This document shows, piece after piece, positions 38,054 to 47,595 of a DNA stretch of 64,000 nt. A model generated the notes under the pieces. It searched no databases and was not told the origin of the DNA. It was given only the letters and a program-made list of their open reading frames with translations. A program made the position numbers and the translations under genes. This stretch comes from a virus (Duplodnaviria > Heunggongvirae > Uroviricota > Caudoviricetes), in the IMG/VR virus record IMGVR_UViG_2703718819_000006. One strand, written 5' to 3'. Positions within the stretch are counted from its first letter, which is position 1, and every line of letters starts with the position of its first letter.

Positions 38054-38280
38054 CTAACCGTATTTCCATTAATAGTAACTGTTGGAACAGGTAAATTAAT
38101 GTAGTTGTCGTTGTTAAGAGGCATCAATGACCACACGGCATGTAGCGATTTACCCGGTGGCGGATTGGAGTACGTCTTAGAGCCTGATGACGCAGTAAAT
38201 CGATCAAGAAAAAAAATAGGAGTAAGGAAGCCAGTAACGTTAATTCCTTTATTGTTGTAAATCCCTGTACCGTATGCCAT
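37999..38280 (-). CDS. hypothetical small protein, AT-rich gene
   Basis: 93 aa. Confidence 0.3.
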   Translation of the reverse strand: MAYGTGIYNNKGINVTGFLTPIFFLDRFTASSGSKTYSNPPPGKSLHAVWSLMPLNNDNYINLPVPTVTINGNTVSWSNLYTGLGSYIYTYWG

Positions 38281-38335
38281 TTTTCATCCTTGTTTTTTAT
38301 CAACACAATATGGCCGATCATGCGGCCATATCAGA

Positions 38336-38905
38336 TCAATTAGAGCTTTGAAAGGCTTTGTGTGGCTGTGTTGCGAGGTTATGTCGATGGCTTAACTCAC
38401 GCATCATGTCTTCAAGCCGACTCTTTGTGTCGTCGAGTTGGTCGGCCATTGCTCCCAAAAGCTGACGAACGGCCATCGGATCATCGCTGTTTAGTGATGG
38501 CATTTTATAACCCGCCTGAGAAGACATAAGATTGAACGCAGACATCAACATCGTTAGAGAGGATTTAAGCCCAGCAATTTCACGATCTTTGCTGGCAATA
38601 ATCGCCTCACTCTTGTTAGTGTCATCAGTTCGTTGAGTCTCGCTCACCATATCCAAAGTCGCCTGCAACTTATCAGCGCGCTCTTTTTCAGCAAGATAAT
38701 GAACACCGAAATGATGTGCTAAAGCTACAACCTGAGTTGGCTCTTCAAAGGTGGACTCAAAATTAAGTGCTGTAACCACTCTCTCAAATATGGAAACGTC
38801 TTCTATTCCTCGAAGAATGGCTAACATTTTGACCAGTTCATTAGCATCCATTTCTTCGAATAAGGCGTTTTGTTCATCAGCTATCGCTTTGCATTTCTTG
38901 CACAT
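38336..38905 (-). CDS. hypothetical coiled-coil protein
   Basis: 189 aa. Confidence 0.4.
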   Translation of the reverse strand: MCKKCKAIADEQNALFEEMDANELVKMLAILRGIEDVSIFERVVTALNFESTFEEPTQVVALAHHFGVHYLAEKERADKLQATLDMVSETQRTDDTNKSEAIIASKDREIAGLKSSLTMLMSAFNLMSSQAGYKMPSLNSDDPMAVRQLLGAMADQLDDTKSRLEDMMRELSHRHNLATQPHKAFQSSN

Positions 38906-38923
38906 GTGTTTTTCCTAATGCTT

Positions 38924-38939
38924 AAACAAGTTGTTTTCT
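38924..38939. promoter_or_regulatory. family-1 motif AAACAAGTTGTTTTCT
   Basis: Upstream of 38905 start. Confidence 0.5.
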
Positions 38940-39202
38940 TATTGGCTTTATTGTGATGTGGCATAAAAGGGGAGCAAGCTAAACGTAAAGGTGCAAACTC
39001 TCTATTTCGGTCAACGAAACACAAGGGCCATTTGGCCCTTGTCATTAACACGTTGCTTTACGGACTAGCGGATAAGCGAAGTAGATCGCCAGACCAATGA
39101 GGACGCCATCAGAAATGACAGACATCATCTTTCCCGTAAAATCCACCAACACCGCCATCACCAGAAGAGCAATGACGGTCACAAGCCGGAATCTCTCAAG
39201 CA

Positions 39203-39628
39203 TTAGAGATAAGCATCCAGTGACAACTGAAGCGCCTGTGCGATCTTTTTCAGGGCCAGCTCTTCTTGTTCGCCAATACCGTCTTGGTCGGCAATATCAA
39301 GGCACAGACACAGTACATCTACTGCATCATTAGTCCCGGCCACATCAGCCAGCTCACGTAAAGCCTGGGCATTAGCGCGGCGCGGTGAGGCTTCGTATTG
39401 AGCACGGATATTGGCACTCATTTGGGCAATCTCACCAGCAAACGGAGAAAACGCAGGCAGAGCTGCAATTGTTTTCTCAAGAATGGAAATTTCCTTTGCG
39501 TCGCATGTGCCATCGGCATAGGAGATCATGTACGCGCCCCACACGGTGGCTTCAACCGCATCTCGGTTCTCCATTTTTTTGACCTCGATAACAGCTTTAC
39601 GAGTTTTCTTTTTGAATAAACCTAACAT
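39203..39628 (-). CDS. TerB-like (tellurite-resistance TerB domain) protein
   Basis: 141 aa; paired acidic DG motifs (ISYADGTCDAKEISILEK / IADQDGIGEQEELALKKI) typical of TerB fold. Confidence 0.5.
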   Translation of the reverse strand: MLGLFKKKTRKAVIEVKKMENRDAVEATVWGAYMISYADGTCDAKEISILEKTIAALPAFSPFAGEIAQMSANIRAQYEASPRRANAQALRELADVAGTNDAVDVLCLCLDIADQDGIGEQEELALKKIAQALQLSLDAYL

Positions 39629-39651
39629 GTGCTTTCCTTTTGTTATTTGTT

Positions 39652-39668
39652 AAAACAAGTTGTTTTCT
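39652..39668. promoter_or_regulatory. family-1 motif AAAACAAGTTGTTTTCT
   Basis: Upstream of 39628 start. Confidence 0.5.
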
Positions 39669-39721
39669 AGTTACATGAATTGCTTACGAAAAGACGGTCA
39701 ATGCATATGCACTAACAACCG

Positions 39722-39910
39722 TCAGAAATAACCAAGTACCGAACCGACTGGAAAAACAAAAATCCCAACAACACGAGCCAAGGTCATACCAGCCTGAAAC
39801 TGGAGATCACCAGAGCAAACGAGTTTTACAATGTTCGATACCCAACCGGCGACCATAAGGGCAAGAATTGCCAGCCAAATTTTTCCAAAGTGATTTGAAA
39901 ACCAGTTCAT
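39722..39910 (-). CDS. small membrane protein
   Basis: 62 aa, two hydrophobic segments. Confidence 0.35.
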   Translation of the reverse strand: MNWFSNHFGKIWLAILALMVAGWVSNIVKLVCSGDLQFQAGMTLARVVGIFVFPVGSVLGYF

Positions 39911-40158
39911 ACAACCGCCTTAGTCACAGCATGATCCTGAGTAACTGGATGAACTTGAGGTATCGCATCCACCGTCATCCCATCCAGAGTGACAGGACGC
40001 TCTACTGGAGTGGTGGTAATTGTCGTCGACGGAGGTGTGGTGATGGATGAACCCGGCATCAAAAGGCTCTGGCCGGCTGGAACGGCTACCGTCGCCAGTG
40101 AAACTATAATGAGAACGTAGGCCATTGGTTTCAGCCTCTTTCTTTGAAAATTTTCCAT
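39907..40158 (-). CDS. small exported/membrane protein
   Basis: 83 aa; N-terminal hydrophobic helix then Thr/Pro-rich segment; overlaps alternative frame 39920..40414. Confidence 0.3.
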   Translation of the reverse strand: MENFQRKRLKPMAYVLIIVSLATVAVPAGQSLLMPGSSITTPPSTTITTTPVERPVTLDGMTVDAIPQVHPVTQDHAVTKAVV

Positions 40159-40559
40159 TCGAACTGTCCTTGTTGTTTTTCTCCTTCACTAAAGGCCGTG
40201 TACTTTTCGCTTCGCGTGAAGAACCAGAGGTAACAATCGCCCCCACGTTCGCAACAACTGACGCTTGCTTATCTAAACGTTCATTCAGCAACCGAACGGC
40301 AGTCTCTAGTTCATCAAGACGTGACAGAACACGACCGCTAAATAATTCGGCCAAAATTTGACGTAGTGAACGAGGACGTTTAGTTGCAGAAGTGAAATAG
40401 GTTTGACGTGCCATGTGGACTCCATCCAGTGTCAGAAAGAGTTGCGGCTGGCGATTGCCAGCCGCCTTTCTCGTTCCATCCTGGAACTGTGTCTTACCGA
40501 CACATTGTCATCCTGACGCCGATAAGATACATGATTTAAAATGATAGGTAAACACTTAC

Positions 40560-41153
40560 TTACTGCTTGTTGTAAACAAAACCAATATCTTTCTTGTGAG
40601 GCATATCTGCTGCGGAAAAAGCTGCGATCTTCGCGAGTCGATCACATATTTCATTTTCACGATGCCCGGCGTGACCTTTAACCCACTTCCAGCGAACATT
40701 ATGTCGACTTGCAGCCTCATCCAGACGCTTCCACAGATCAACATTCTTTACCGGTTTTTTGTCAGAAGTCACCCATCCATTGCGTTTCCACCATTTCATC
40801 CACTGTGTCATGCCGTTTTTCAGATACTGGCTATCAGAGTGCAAAATAACGTTGCATGGATATTTCAAACGCTCCAGCCCGATAAGTGCCCCCATCATCT
40901 CCATGCGGTTATTGGTGGTGCTATGAAAACCATCTGAGAACTCGCGTTCCTCACCACGATACTGGAGAACGATACCGTAACCGCCCGGGCCACCCGGATT
41001 TTTAAGGCAAGAGCCATCACTAAAGATTTTCACGGTTTTAAGCTGGGGATTGAACTCTACGACAGGCGTTGTGGGATTGGTGCGGGGGGAATTTTTGTTT
41101 TTGGCTTTTTTGCGAGTTTTTGCTTGCGATCGAGCTGGTGTCTTCGTCGTCAT
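40560..41153 (-). CDS. rnhA: ribonuclease HI with basic N-terminal extension
   Basis: Start at ATG 41153 (SD AGGAG); core [17 protein letters not shown]...TNNRMEMM...HSDSQY...[15 protein letters not shown] matches RNase HI catalytic motifs. Confidence 0.8.
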   Translation of the reverse strand: MTTKTPARSQAKTRKKAKNKNSPRTNPTTPVVEFNPQLKTVKIFSDGSCLKNPGGPGGYGIVLQYRGEEREFSDGFHSTTNNRMEMMGALIGLERLKYPCNVILHSDSQYLKNGMTQWMKWWKRNGWVTSDKKPVKNVDLWKRLDEAASRHNVRWKWVKGHAGHRENEICDRLAKIAAFSAADMPHKKDIGFVYNKQ

Positions 41154-41735
41154 ATAAACTCCTGAATCAAGCGCCGCGCCGATTTTTCCTCGCGCGTGCG
41201 CACACGCGTGCGTGTTAATAATTATTAAAATAAACAAATTACTTCCCAGAACAGGTTTTTATAAACCTGAACTGAACGAACGAAGTGAGTGAAGTTCACC
41301 TCGAACGAAGTGAGAGGTTGTCTTTTCAGGTAATACTCTCCCAGGGAGGTGAGTATAAAAATCTCTCACCAACCTGGTCGTTTCATAACCTGAAAAGTTA
41401 TGGTCTAAGTCTACTGCCAGCTTAGACTTGGGAAGTTATGGATGACAGCACCCCAGAACCGAGATCTTCCCACACTTTATGAAGGGGAGTACTGGATTCA
41501 ACCTCTCGAAACACCCCAGACTCGACAATCATAAAGTGACCCTTGTCTCCGCTCACTTTGGTTCCCCCTTCCCCGACACCTAAACGGCACCAGTTCTACG
41601 CTGGTAGTGAGCTTTTTTAAACCTGACGCCAGTGACGCTTACCCCCACCCATCAGGTCGAGTCTCCAGTCTACGACTGGAAACTATCAGATCTTAGCACT
41701 TACAATTCACTTTATGAATAGTTTGTACTTATCTA

Positions 41736-41990
41736 TCATTGTGATTGATTATTTTCTCTACCATGTAGTTGAACATTCAAGGCAAACACCTCATTGATCA
41801 ACTCACCTAAAAGCTGTTCAACAAGTTCGCGATGCTCGCCAAGATGCAAGCACTTAATTGCCCATTCGTACAAGTTGAAAGCCTGCTCACGATCTTTCAT
41901 CATTTCACGAGCCTGGGCCAGAAAATCGCTCTCTACGAGCGCAACGACATTAGTCGGGTATGACATGTTGGTTTCCTTAAAGTGGTTCAT
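41736..41990 (-). CDS. hypothetical protein
   Basis: 84 aa. Confidence 0.35.
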   Translation of the reverse strand: MNHFKETNMSYPTNVVALVESDFLAQAREMMKDREQAFNLYEWAIKCLHLGEHRELVEQLLGELINEVFALNVQLHGRENNQSQ

Positions 41991-42071
41991 AAAATCGATT
42001 TTAAAGCGTCTGGGAAGGGGTTCTAGTGGATTCTGTAGTGATGTTCAGGTCTGGAGTCTCTGATACAAAAC

Positions 42072-42130
42072 AGCCTGCTTCCGTATATTAATAATTAATA
42101 TGTAGTTATTTATATATACAGAAGCAGGCT
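42072..42130. repeat. long palindrome AGCCTGCTTCCGTATAT..ATATACAGAAGCAGGCT (copy of 12043-12098)
   Basis: Seen in sequence; same arm sequence and same single C/T asymmetry. Confidence 0.7.
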
Positions 42131-42151
42131 AATTACAGACGCCAGAACAAA

Positions 42152-42745
42152 CTAAGCAACCTTCTTTGATGGTCTTTTTTTCCTGATCACATTCGCAGGA
42201 TCATACCCTCCCAGACTTTTCATGACGTCCAAAGGGATCTTGCTTATAGAGTGCCCAGCGTCCTGACAGAATCCTCGAAAAACAACGAGCATACTGCCAC
42301 CTGGGTTGATGTTTACTTCTACCTGACCCAGATTGACGTCAGGCTCGACAAACGCTACGCGGCCACCAGACAGAATAATCGTCTCATTCGCACACTCTGT
42401 TGCACGCTCATACCACTTTGTATCTAGGGATTGAGGAATTAGCATCACTGTTGTAACTCCGCGAGCCTGCTCACGTATAGCAGCATCAATCCAGGGGGAG
42501 ATTTTGGAGTAGGGTGGATTGAGGAAGGCAATTGTACCTGGCTGTCCCCATTCAGATTTCAAAGCATCACGCTCAATGCCTATGAAATTAGGCAGCTTTG
42601 CGTTGTCCTTGTTGCAGGCAACGTCAACATCAAATGTCACTCCAAGATAACGTTGAATGGCAGAAAACAGCCAATCAGGTGTTCTCCAGAGGTCACGAAG
42701 AGAGTTGTCGCGCTTTCGCTGTTTGATTTTTTCGGCTGCAATCAT
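42152..42745 (-). CDS. phage-type N6-adenine DNA methyltransferase (Dam-like)
   Basis: 197 aa; WRTPDWLF...LNPPYS motifs. Confidence 0.7.
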   Translation of the reverse strand: MIAAEKIKQRKRDNSLRDLWRTPDWLFSAIQRYLGVTFDVDVACNKDNAKLPNFIGIERDALKSEWGQPGTIAFLNPPYSKISPWIDAAIREQARGVTTVMLIPQSLDTKWYERATECANETIILSGGRVAFVEPDVNLGQVEVNINPGGSMLVVFRGFCQDAGHSISKIPLDVMKSLGGYDPANVIRKKRPSKKVA

Positions 42746-42756
42746 CTTCTTTCTCG

Positions 42757-42776
42757 ATAGGTAAGTGATTACCTAT
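42757..42776. promoter_or_regulatory. family-2 palindrome ATAGGTAAGTGATTACCTAT
   Basis: Just upstream of Dam-like start. Confidence 0.45.
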
Positions 42777-42811
42777 TTTTGCATTTGATTTTATGTATGG
42801 CAATGAAATAA

Positions 42812-42860
42812 AACGCGCCAGAAATGCAAACGAGAAGCTCTCTGGCGCGTTTTTGTGGTG
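42812..42860. terminator. hairpin GCGCCAGA..TCTGGCGC with T-runs on both strands
   Basis: Seen downstream of 42929 stop. Confidence 0.45.
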
Positions 42861-42928
42861 CTGGGTATGTGATTGGCTTACCCAGCACTATAAAGCTCTC
42901 TATGGGCTTTATTTTCAGTAGGGGAACG

Positions 42929-43738
42929 TCATCCAATAGTGTACTCCGCGACAAACTTCTTAACGATCGGTGATTCTTCGTTCAATGTTAGATTTCCACC
43001 GTCTCTAACGGCAATTCCTGTCGCTGGAAATACAGCCATCATTTGCCCAGCCTGAGTTGACGCAGTGTTAAGCGGATACGGTTTTTCTGGATTGCTCATT
43101 AAAGCAATCTTAATACTATTACTTGTAGCCTTCTTTTCTGTGAGAAGGTGTCTCATGGAAATTACCGTGTAAACACTAATATCTGGACCTCCGCTAAACC
43201 AATTAAGAAGGTTTAATATCTTATCCTTTGCTTTGACAGGCGCGTTATCGTAAGCGTCTAAGAAAATATCTTTTTCTAAGCCCGCTTTATTGAAAAACGA
43301 ATCATCTTTATCACTTAAAGTAAAACGAGGACCTCTTGCAGTACGAGCTTTTTTATTTGTATTGCTATCATTTGACTGTTGAACTTTTAATTCATCATTA
43401 ACCTCAACACACTCTTCAACCTCAATAAATCCCAATTGTTCTGGCTCGTTTTCGGCAGCTTCAACACTTTCAGCGTTAATTACGTTTATAGGCTCATGCG
43501 CTAACTCCAACTCATTTAAAGCGGAGCTGAAATCACCTGCTTTTTCTTCATTGAACAGTTCTTCGGCAACATCATCAGGACTCATGGCTACGCCAGCATC
43601 GAGGCCGAGAAGCAGATCGTCAATATCATCAGTATTTTCAACCTGTGCAGCTTTTTTTACTGGTTCATCAAGTGATTGCAGCATGGCTGTCAGCTCATCC
43701 AGATCATCATTTGTCATTACATTTTCAACCGAACTCAT
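42929..43738 (-). CDS. hypothetical acidic protein
   Basis: 269 aa, Asp/Glu-rich N-terminal half. Confidence 0.4.
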   Translation of the reverse strand: MSSVENVMTNDDLDELTAMLQSLDEPVKKAAQVENTDDIDDLLLGLDAGVAMSPDDVAEELFNEEKAGDFSSALNELELAHEPINVINAESVEAAENEPEQLGFIEVEECVEVNDELKVQQSNDSNTNKKARTARGPRFTLSDKDDSFFNKAGLEKDIFLDAYDNAPVKAKDKILNLLNWFSGGPDISVYTVISMRHLLTEKKATSNSIKIALMSNPEKPYPLNTASTQAGQMMAVFPATGIAVRDGGNLTLNEESPIVKKFVAEYTIG

Positions 43739-43896
43739 GTAAGTCTCCTTCTGTTTAGTTGCATTTGCGTTTCGATGGCTACATTTTGACTAAACCTATC
43801 AGGCGGAAAAGTATTAAATACAGGCAGTAAATGATTGAAAGGCGACTGTTCTTTAAAAGAAAGCCTACTTTAAACTTTTTAAAGTAGGCTTTTGTT

Positions 43897-44454
43897 TTAC
43901 ACAATTTCAGAGGGTAATTTAAAAAATCCGTACTTATTACGTGCCTTAAAGAAGCATTGCATCATTAAGTTTGTGTCATATAAGGCACTATGTGCTTTGG
44001 CATGATCGTATATAAAGCCAAGAGAGAAGGCCAACTCTTCAAGGCGGGGACGTTTACCGTCTTCTGTGGCCCAAAATCCCGATAACATAGTATCTATAAC
44101 AGGAACTTCTGGCAGTCTTACTCCATACCCTGAAAACTCGTGTCGAATAAATGGTATATCAAATGCTTCGCCGTTATGAGCAACCCACACACTACATGCC
44201 CCCATATAAGCGCCAATTTCGCTGGCATGATTTGACAACAAAGGTTCAGCTGCGAGCTGTTCCAATGAAATGCCATGAACGGCTTGAGCTTTCGGATCTA
44301 TGTTTCTGCGAGGGTTAAAACGCATCTCCAGACTATCAATATGTCTCTGTGTCTCCAGTTCATAGCGGGTAATTGCGATTTCAATAATTTTATGACCAGC
44401 AAGGAAATCCAGTCCCGTAGACTCGATATCGATGCCTGCAACAATCGTTGTCAT
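43897..44454 (-). CDS. DnaQ-like (DEDDh) 3'-5' exonuclease
   Basis: 185 aa; Exo I GIDIESTG, Exo II HNGEAFD, Exo III HSALYD. Confidence 0.7.
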   Translation of the reverse strand: MTTIVAGIDIESTGLDFLAGHKIIEIAITRYELETQRHIDSLEMRFNPRRNIDPKAQAVHGISLEQLAAEPLLSNHASEIGAYMGACSVWVAHNGEAFDIPFIRHEFSGYGVRLPEVPVIDTMLSGFWATEDGKRPRLEELAFSLGFIYDHAKAHSALYDTNLMMQCFFKARNKYGFFKLPSEIV

Positions 44455-44463
44455 CAGAACTCC

Positions 44464-44883
44464 TTACAACTTCTTAGCGCCCTTAAGTAGTGCGCTACGT
44501 ACAAATTGAGCCGCTTTTTTCAAAGTTTCTTCACTGGTTTCACAGACAATCGGATCTTTCCACTTACCTGACACAGTGTTGAGAATATTGATTTGGTTGC
44601 TATCCAGACAAACAGAGATATAAAGCACCGTGCCACCAGCCAGCATCAAATGCATAGGAAACAGAGGCTTTTTACTGCCTTCACTGAACTGAGACATGGC
44701 GATGTTAATGGCTTCACCCACTTGTGTACCAACAAGCCCCTGCGCAGTTTCGAATATGGCACGAATAGCCAGACGAGCCTCTCGATCGCTCATAAGCGAC
44801 CGGGAATGTTCGTCCGCTACACGAATCAAAGCCTCTGTTGTTTTCCGATCCAGTTCATCTTCAAGCAACATTTCACTAAACAT
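44464..44883 (-). CDS. hypothetical protein
   Basis: 139 aa. Confidence 0.4.
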   Translation of the reverse strand: MFSEMLLEDELDRKTTEALIRVADEHSRSLMSDREARLAIRAIFETAQGLVGTQVGEAINIAMSQFSEGSKKPLFPMHLMLAGGTVLYISVCLDSNQINILNTVSGKWKDPIVCETSEETLKKAAQFVRSALLKGAKKL

Positions 44884-44944
44884 TTTTTATCCTTAACCCA
44901 TTTTGAGAGTTTTATTGTCGCAATGTCGAAGAGGCGAACAATTT

Positions 44945-45589
44945 CTAATGAACGGTCACTCGGCCACAGAACCGGTTTTCTATCTTTTCTACAGCGTTAT
45001 CTAGCATTCTCATCACTGATCTGGCTCTTGCTTCAACTGTGCGATACCGGTTGGAAACGACGAAGGTTTGCAGATCTCCCCTTTGCGGATGCAGGTGAAT
45101 TTTTGTCAGTTCCCCGCACATCAACGCATCAATACGAGCGACATACAGACGGTCTAATGATGCTCGTTGTGACCGCAAGTAATCTCGCTCTGAGAGAGCG
45201 ACCACCGGGCGTAGGCCAGCAATGGCGTTAAAGTTTGAAATAGCAGTTTTGTGGCAAAACTTTTCGATATCGAGGGCTAACTCAATACATCGATCTTCAT
45301 TGGTATGGCCGACCAAATCCAACGTGTAGGCCATAACATCAGCAGGTGTGCGATCGATAACAAAGCCTTCAGCACCACGCGTAAGTAGCTCTATATGCTT
45401 TGCTATTTCCATTTGAATCTGAAGCCGCTCATATAGAGGCATAGAATCACCTACTCGAACACCGAGGCGGCTCATCAAACTTCCGACACCAGCATCCACG
45501 TAAGGGATTCCGTAATGTTTGTCGATATATTTAGCCAGGGTTGTTTTCCCACTGCCCTGAGCACCAGTGATCCCAATCCGGTAATCCAT
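44945..45589 (-). CDS. P-loop nucleotide kinase (dNMP-kinase-like)
   Basis: 214 aa; N-terminal P-loop GITGAQGSGKTTLA; context next to DHFR/TS. Confidence 0.5.
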   Translation of the reverse strand: MDYRIGITGAQGSGKTTLAKYIDKHYGIPYVDAGVGSLMSRLGVRVGDSMPLYERLQIQMEIAKHIELLTRGAEGFVIDRTPADVMAYTLDLVGHTNEDRCIELALDIEKFCHKTAISNFNAIAGLRPVVALSERDYLRSQRASLDRLYVARIDALMCGELTKIHLHPQRGDLQTFVVSNRYRTVEARARSVMRMLDNAVEKIENRFCGRVTVH

Positions 45590-46065
45590 TACGACCTTCT
45601 GTATACGATCTGCGAAAAGCCAGGCTCTTCCTCGCTGGCTCGTTGGGTATAAGCTGTTTCAACAGGCACAAAGCCTAAATTACGCATCATGCTTGCCGGG
45701 AAGAATGCATCGGCGTTTGGCACATCAACGCCGATGTGGGAGAGCCAAATCTCTTCAACATGCGGCATGAATAGCGAGTAAATTTGTTCCCCGCCAATCA
45801 CCCACACAGGCTCTGGTAATCGCAACACATCATCCACACCAGCAGGGTAGAATCCATTTGGTACAAAGCCATGAGAGCGCGTCAAAACGAGGTTATGACG
45901 CTCTGGAAGAGGGCGTTTGAGACTTTCCATCGTTTTACGCCCCATAACGACAGTGGCGTTTTTGGTGAGTCTCTTAAATAGCTTCAGATCGGTAGAACAA
46001 CGCCAGGGCAGTTCGTTCGCTATGCCGATCTCATAGTTACGGCCAACAGCAGCTATCATCTTCAT
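45589..46065 (-). CDS. dihydrofolate reductase
   Basis: 158 aa; MIAAVGRNYEIG..LPW...VMGRKT...GRPLPERHNLVLTR pattern of DHFR. Confidence 0.8.
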   Translation of the reverse strand: MKMIAAVGRNYEIGIANELPWRCSTDLKLFKRLTKNATVVMGRKTMESLKRPLPERHNLVLTRSHGFVPNGFYPAGVDDVLRLPEPVWVIGGEQIYSLFMPHVEEIWLSHIGVDVPNADAFFPASMMRNLGFVPVETAYTQRASEEEPGFSQIVYRRS

Positions 46066-46475
46066 TTGCTCACCTCATAGATGACCGGTCTATGATGAGA
46101 GTCAGCTAAAGCGGCACGGAGTCGAGGATCGTGCACCAGCGCAGCGATAAGCAGATCGCCTTTATGCTCCGCTAATGTGCGCTTAATATGCTTCTCATAA
46201 CTAGTGCTATTCGGTACGAGGTGAAGCCAGTCGTAATCAACACCAAAATCTTTCAGCCATCGTTTAGTGGGCGCTTCAAGAGTTTCAGAGCGGCTACTGA
46301 TAAGCACCACTTCAGCCCCTGAGCGAGCAAAACCACGCAACATACGGCTGGTGGGGAAAATGAGTTCATCACCGGCAATGAATTGGCCTGCATCCGAGTC
46401 AGATACAGATTTACGATGGCTGGTATTTGCCAGCACACCTTCAATTTCGCATAAGACATACATACCTCTTGCCAT
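46062..46475 (-). CDS. HAD-like fold protein with atypical motif I (CEIEG); start at internal ATG 46475
   Basis: ORF-track start overlaps TS gene by 95 bp; internal ATG abuts TS stop. Confidence 0.3.
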   Translation of the reverse strand: MARGMYVLCEIEGVLANTSHRKSVSDSDAGQFIAGDELIFPTSRMLRGFARSGAEVVLISSRSETLEAPTKRWLKDFGVDYDWLHLVPNSTSYEKHIKRTLAEHKGDLLIAALVHDPRLRAALADSHHRPVIYEVSK

Positions 46476-46476
46476 A

Positions 46477-47580
46477 TCACACCGCCACTGGAACCTTGAT
46501 CCACGGTAGAGGGGCATAGCCAAGAATAAGAATCTCGTCCCATTTGAAATCATCCAGCTCAGACCATTCATTAGGGAATATAACGACCGGATCTGAATGC
46601 TCTGGAGCCTGTCGTTGCATTAGCTCACACACACCTTCCATGTGGTTGTTGTACAAATGCACGTCAAAGCCAAAATGCACAAATGCACCGGCCATGTGAC
46701 CCGTAATCTTCGCGAGAAAATGAGTGAGAATGCCATAGCCAGCAATATTGAATGGCATACCAACAAAAGTGTCTACGCTACGCTGTACGAGGCAGGAGTT
46801 GAGGATGCGTTTGGGGATTCCAAGTTCATCCAGTTCAGTTTCAGTAACACTGCCGTCCATCTCCAGATCGTATAGCATCTTGGTGTAGATAGACTCATAA
46901 CCGAGGCGACTGTGTTGAAGACCAATGTCAGTTGCCATCGTTAAACGGGTTTCAAAATCCAGTTCACGACTCCACAAAGAGAAGACAAAGTGGCAAGGTG
47001 GCAGTTTCATATCCTCAAGCTCGCCTACGTTCCATGCGTTAAGCATGATGCGACGATCGGTAGGGTTCGTGCGCAGTGTATCGACAATACGCTGTAGCTG
47101 ATCGATTTCACGGGACAGCACTACGCGATCTTCACTGATACCCAGGTATCCCTCGACTTTGTACCCGCGTTCACGGAAAGTAGCGATCTTGCTCAGATAT
47201 TCACTATGGCTCACGATGCGGGTATCTTCCCATCGACGCCACTGCTTACCGTAAACCGGCCCCAAATCGCCATTCTCATCGGCCCATGCATCCCAAATCT
47301 TAACGCCGTTATCCTTGAGAAATTGGATGTTGCCCGTGCCTTTCAGATACCACTCAAGTTCGACAAGCAGTGGCTTAAGATTTACCGCCTTTCCAGAAAT
47401 AAGCGGCACAGTCCCACCAGTAAGCATGTAGTAAGAGGGAACGTAGCAGGTGCTTAAAGTACCAGTGCCTGTGCGATCATCAGCCTGCACGCCGCTTTTA
47501 AGCACCGTCTCAATAACTTTTGCATACGATGCGTTTGTTACCTGACCGTTCGTATGCTCACGATTCAAAAGGAGTGACAC
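46477..47580 (-). CDS. thyA: thymidylate synthase (ThyA-type) with two insertions relative to host enzyme; start likely GTG 47580
   Basis: DRTGTGT, catalytic LPPCH, VGMPFNIAGY motifs; ORF-track start (47607) lies inside family-2 palindrome, GTG at 47580 has GAGG SD. Confidence 0.8.
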   Translation of the reverse strand: MSLLLNREHTNGQVTNASYAKVIETVLKSGVQADDRTGTGTLSTCYVPSYYMLTGGTVPLISGKAVNLKPLLVELEWYLKGTGNIQFLKDNGVKIWDAWADENGDLGPVYGKQWRRWEDTRIVSHSEYLSKIATFRERGYKVEGYLGISEDRVVLSREIDQLQRIVDTLRTNPTDRRIMLNAWNVGELEDMKLPPCHFVFSLWSRELDFETRLTMATDIGLQHSRLGYESIYTKMLYDLEMDGSVTETELDELGIPKRILNSCLVQRSVDTFVGMPFNIAGYGILTHFLAKITGHMAGAFVHFGFDVHLYNNHMEGVCELMQRQAPEHSDPVVIFPNEWSELDDFKWDEILILGYAPLPWIKVPVAV

Positions 47581-47595
47581 AAAAACCTCACAAAG

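Noticed and set aside
39920-40414. 164-aa ORF overlapping 39907..40158
   Set aside because: C-terminal half is Ser/His-rich low complexity and overlaps a more plausible membrane-protein frame; only the N-terminal ~85 codons (40160-40414) might be real. Left uncalled.
40561-41237. ORF-track start of RNase H at 41237 ([17 protein letters not shown]...)
   Set aside because: N-terminal 28 codons run through a GC-rich repeat and promoter-like region; ATG at 41153 has a strong SD and begins the homologous region.
41450-41560. Possible tRNA gene in the 41.2-41.7 kb non-coding region (GGTTGAATCC resembles a T-arm)
   Set aside because: I could not assemble a complete cloverleaf (acceptor stem, D-arm, anticodon arm) by eye; the T-loop is one base short of consensus. 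Needs tRNAscan to decide.
42769-42954. 61-aa ORF between the Dam-like gene and 42929..43738
   Set aside because: Lies across a bidirectional terminator hairpin and has no RBS.
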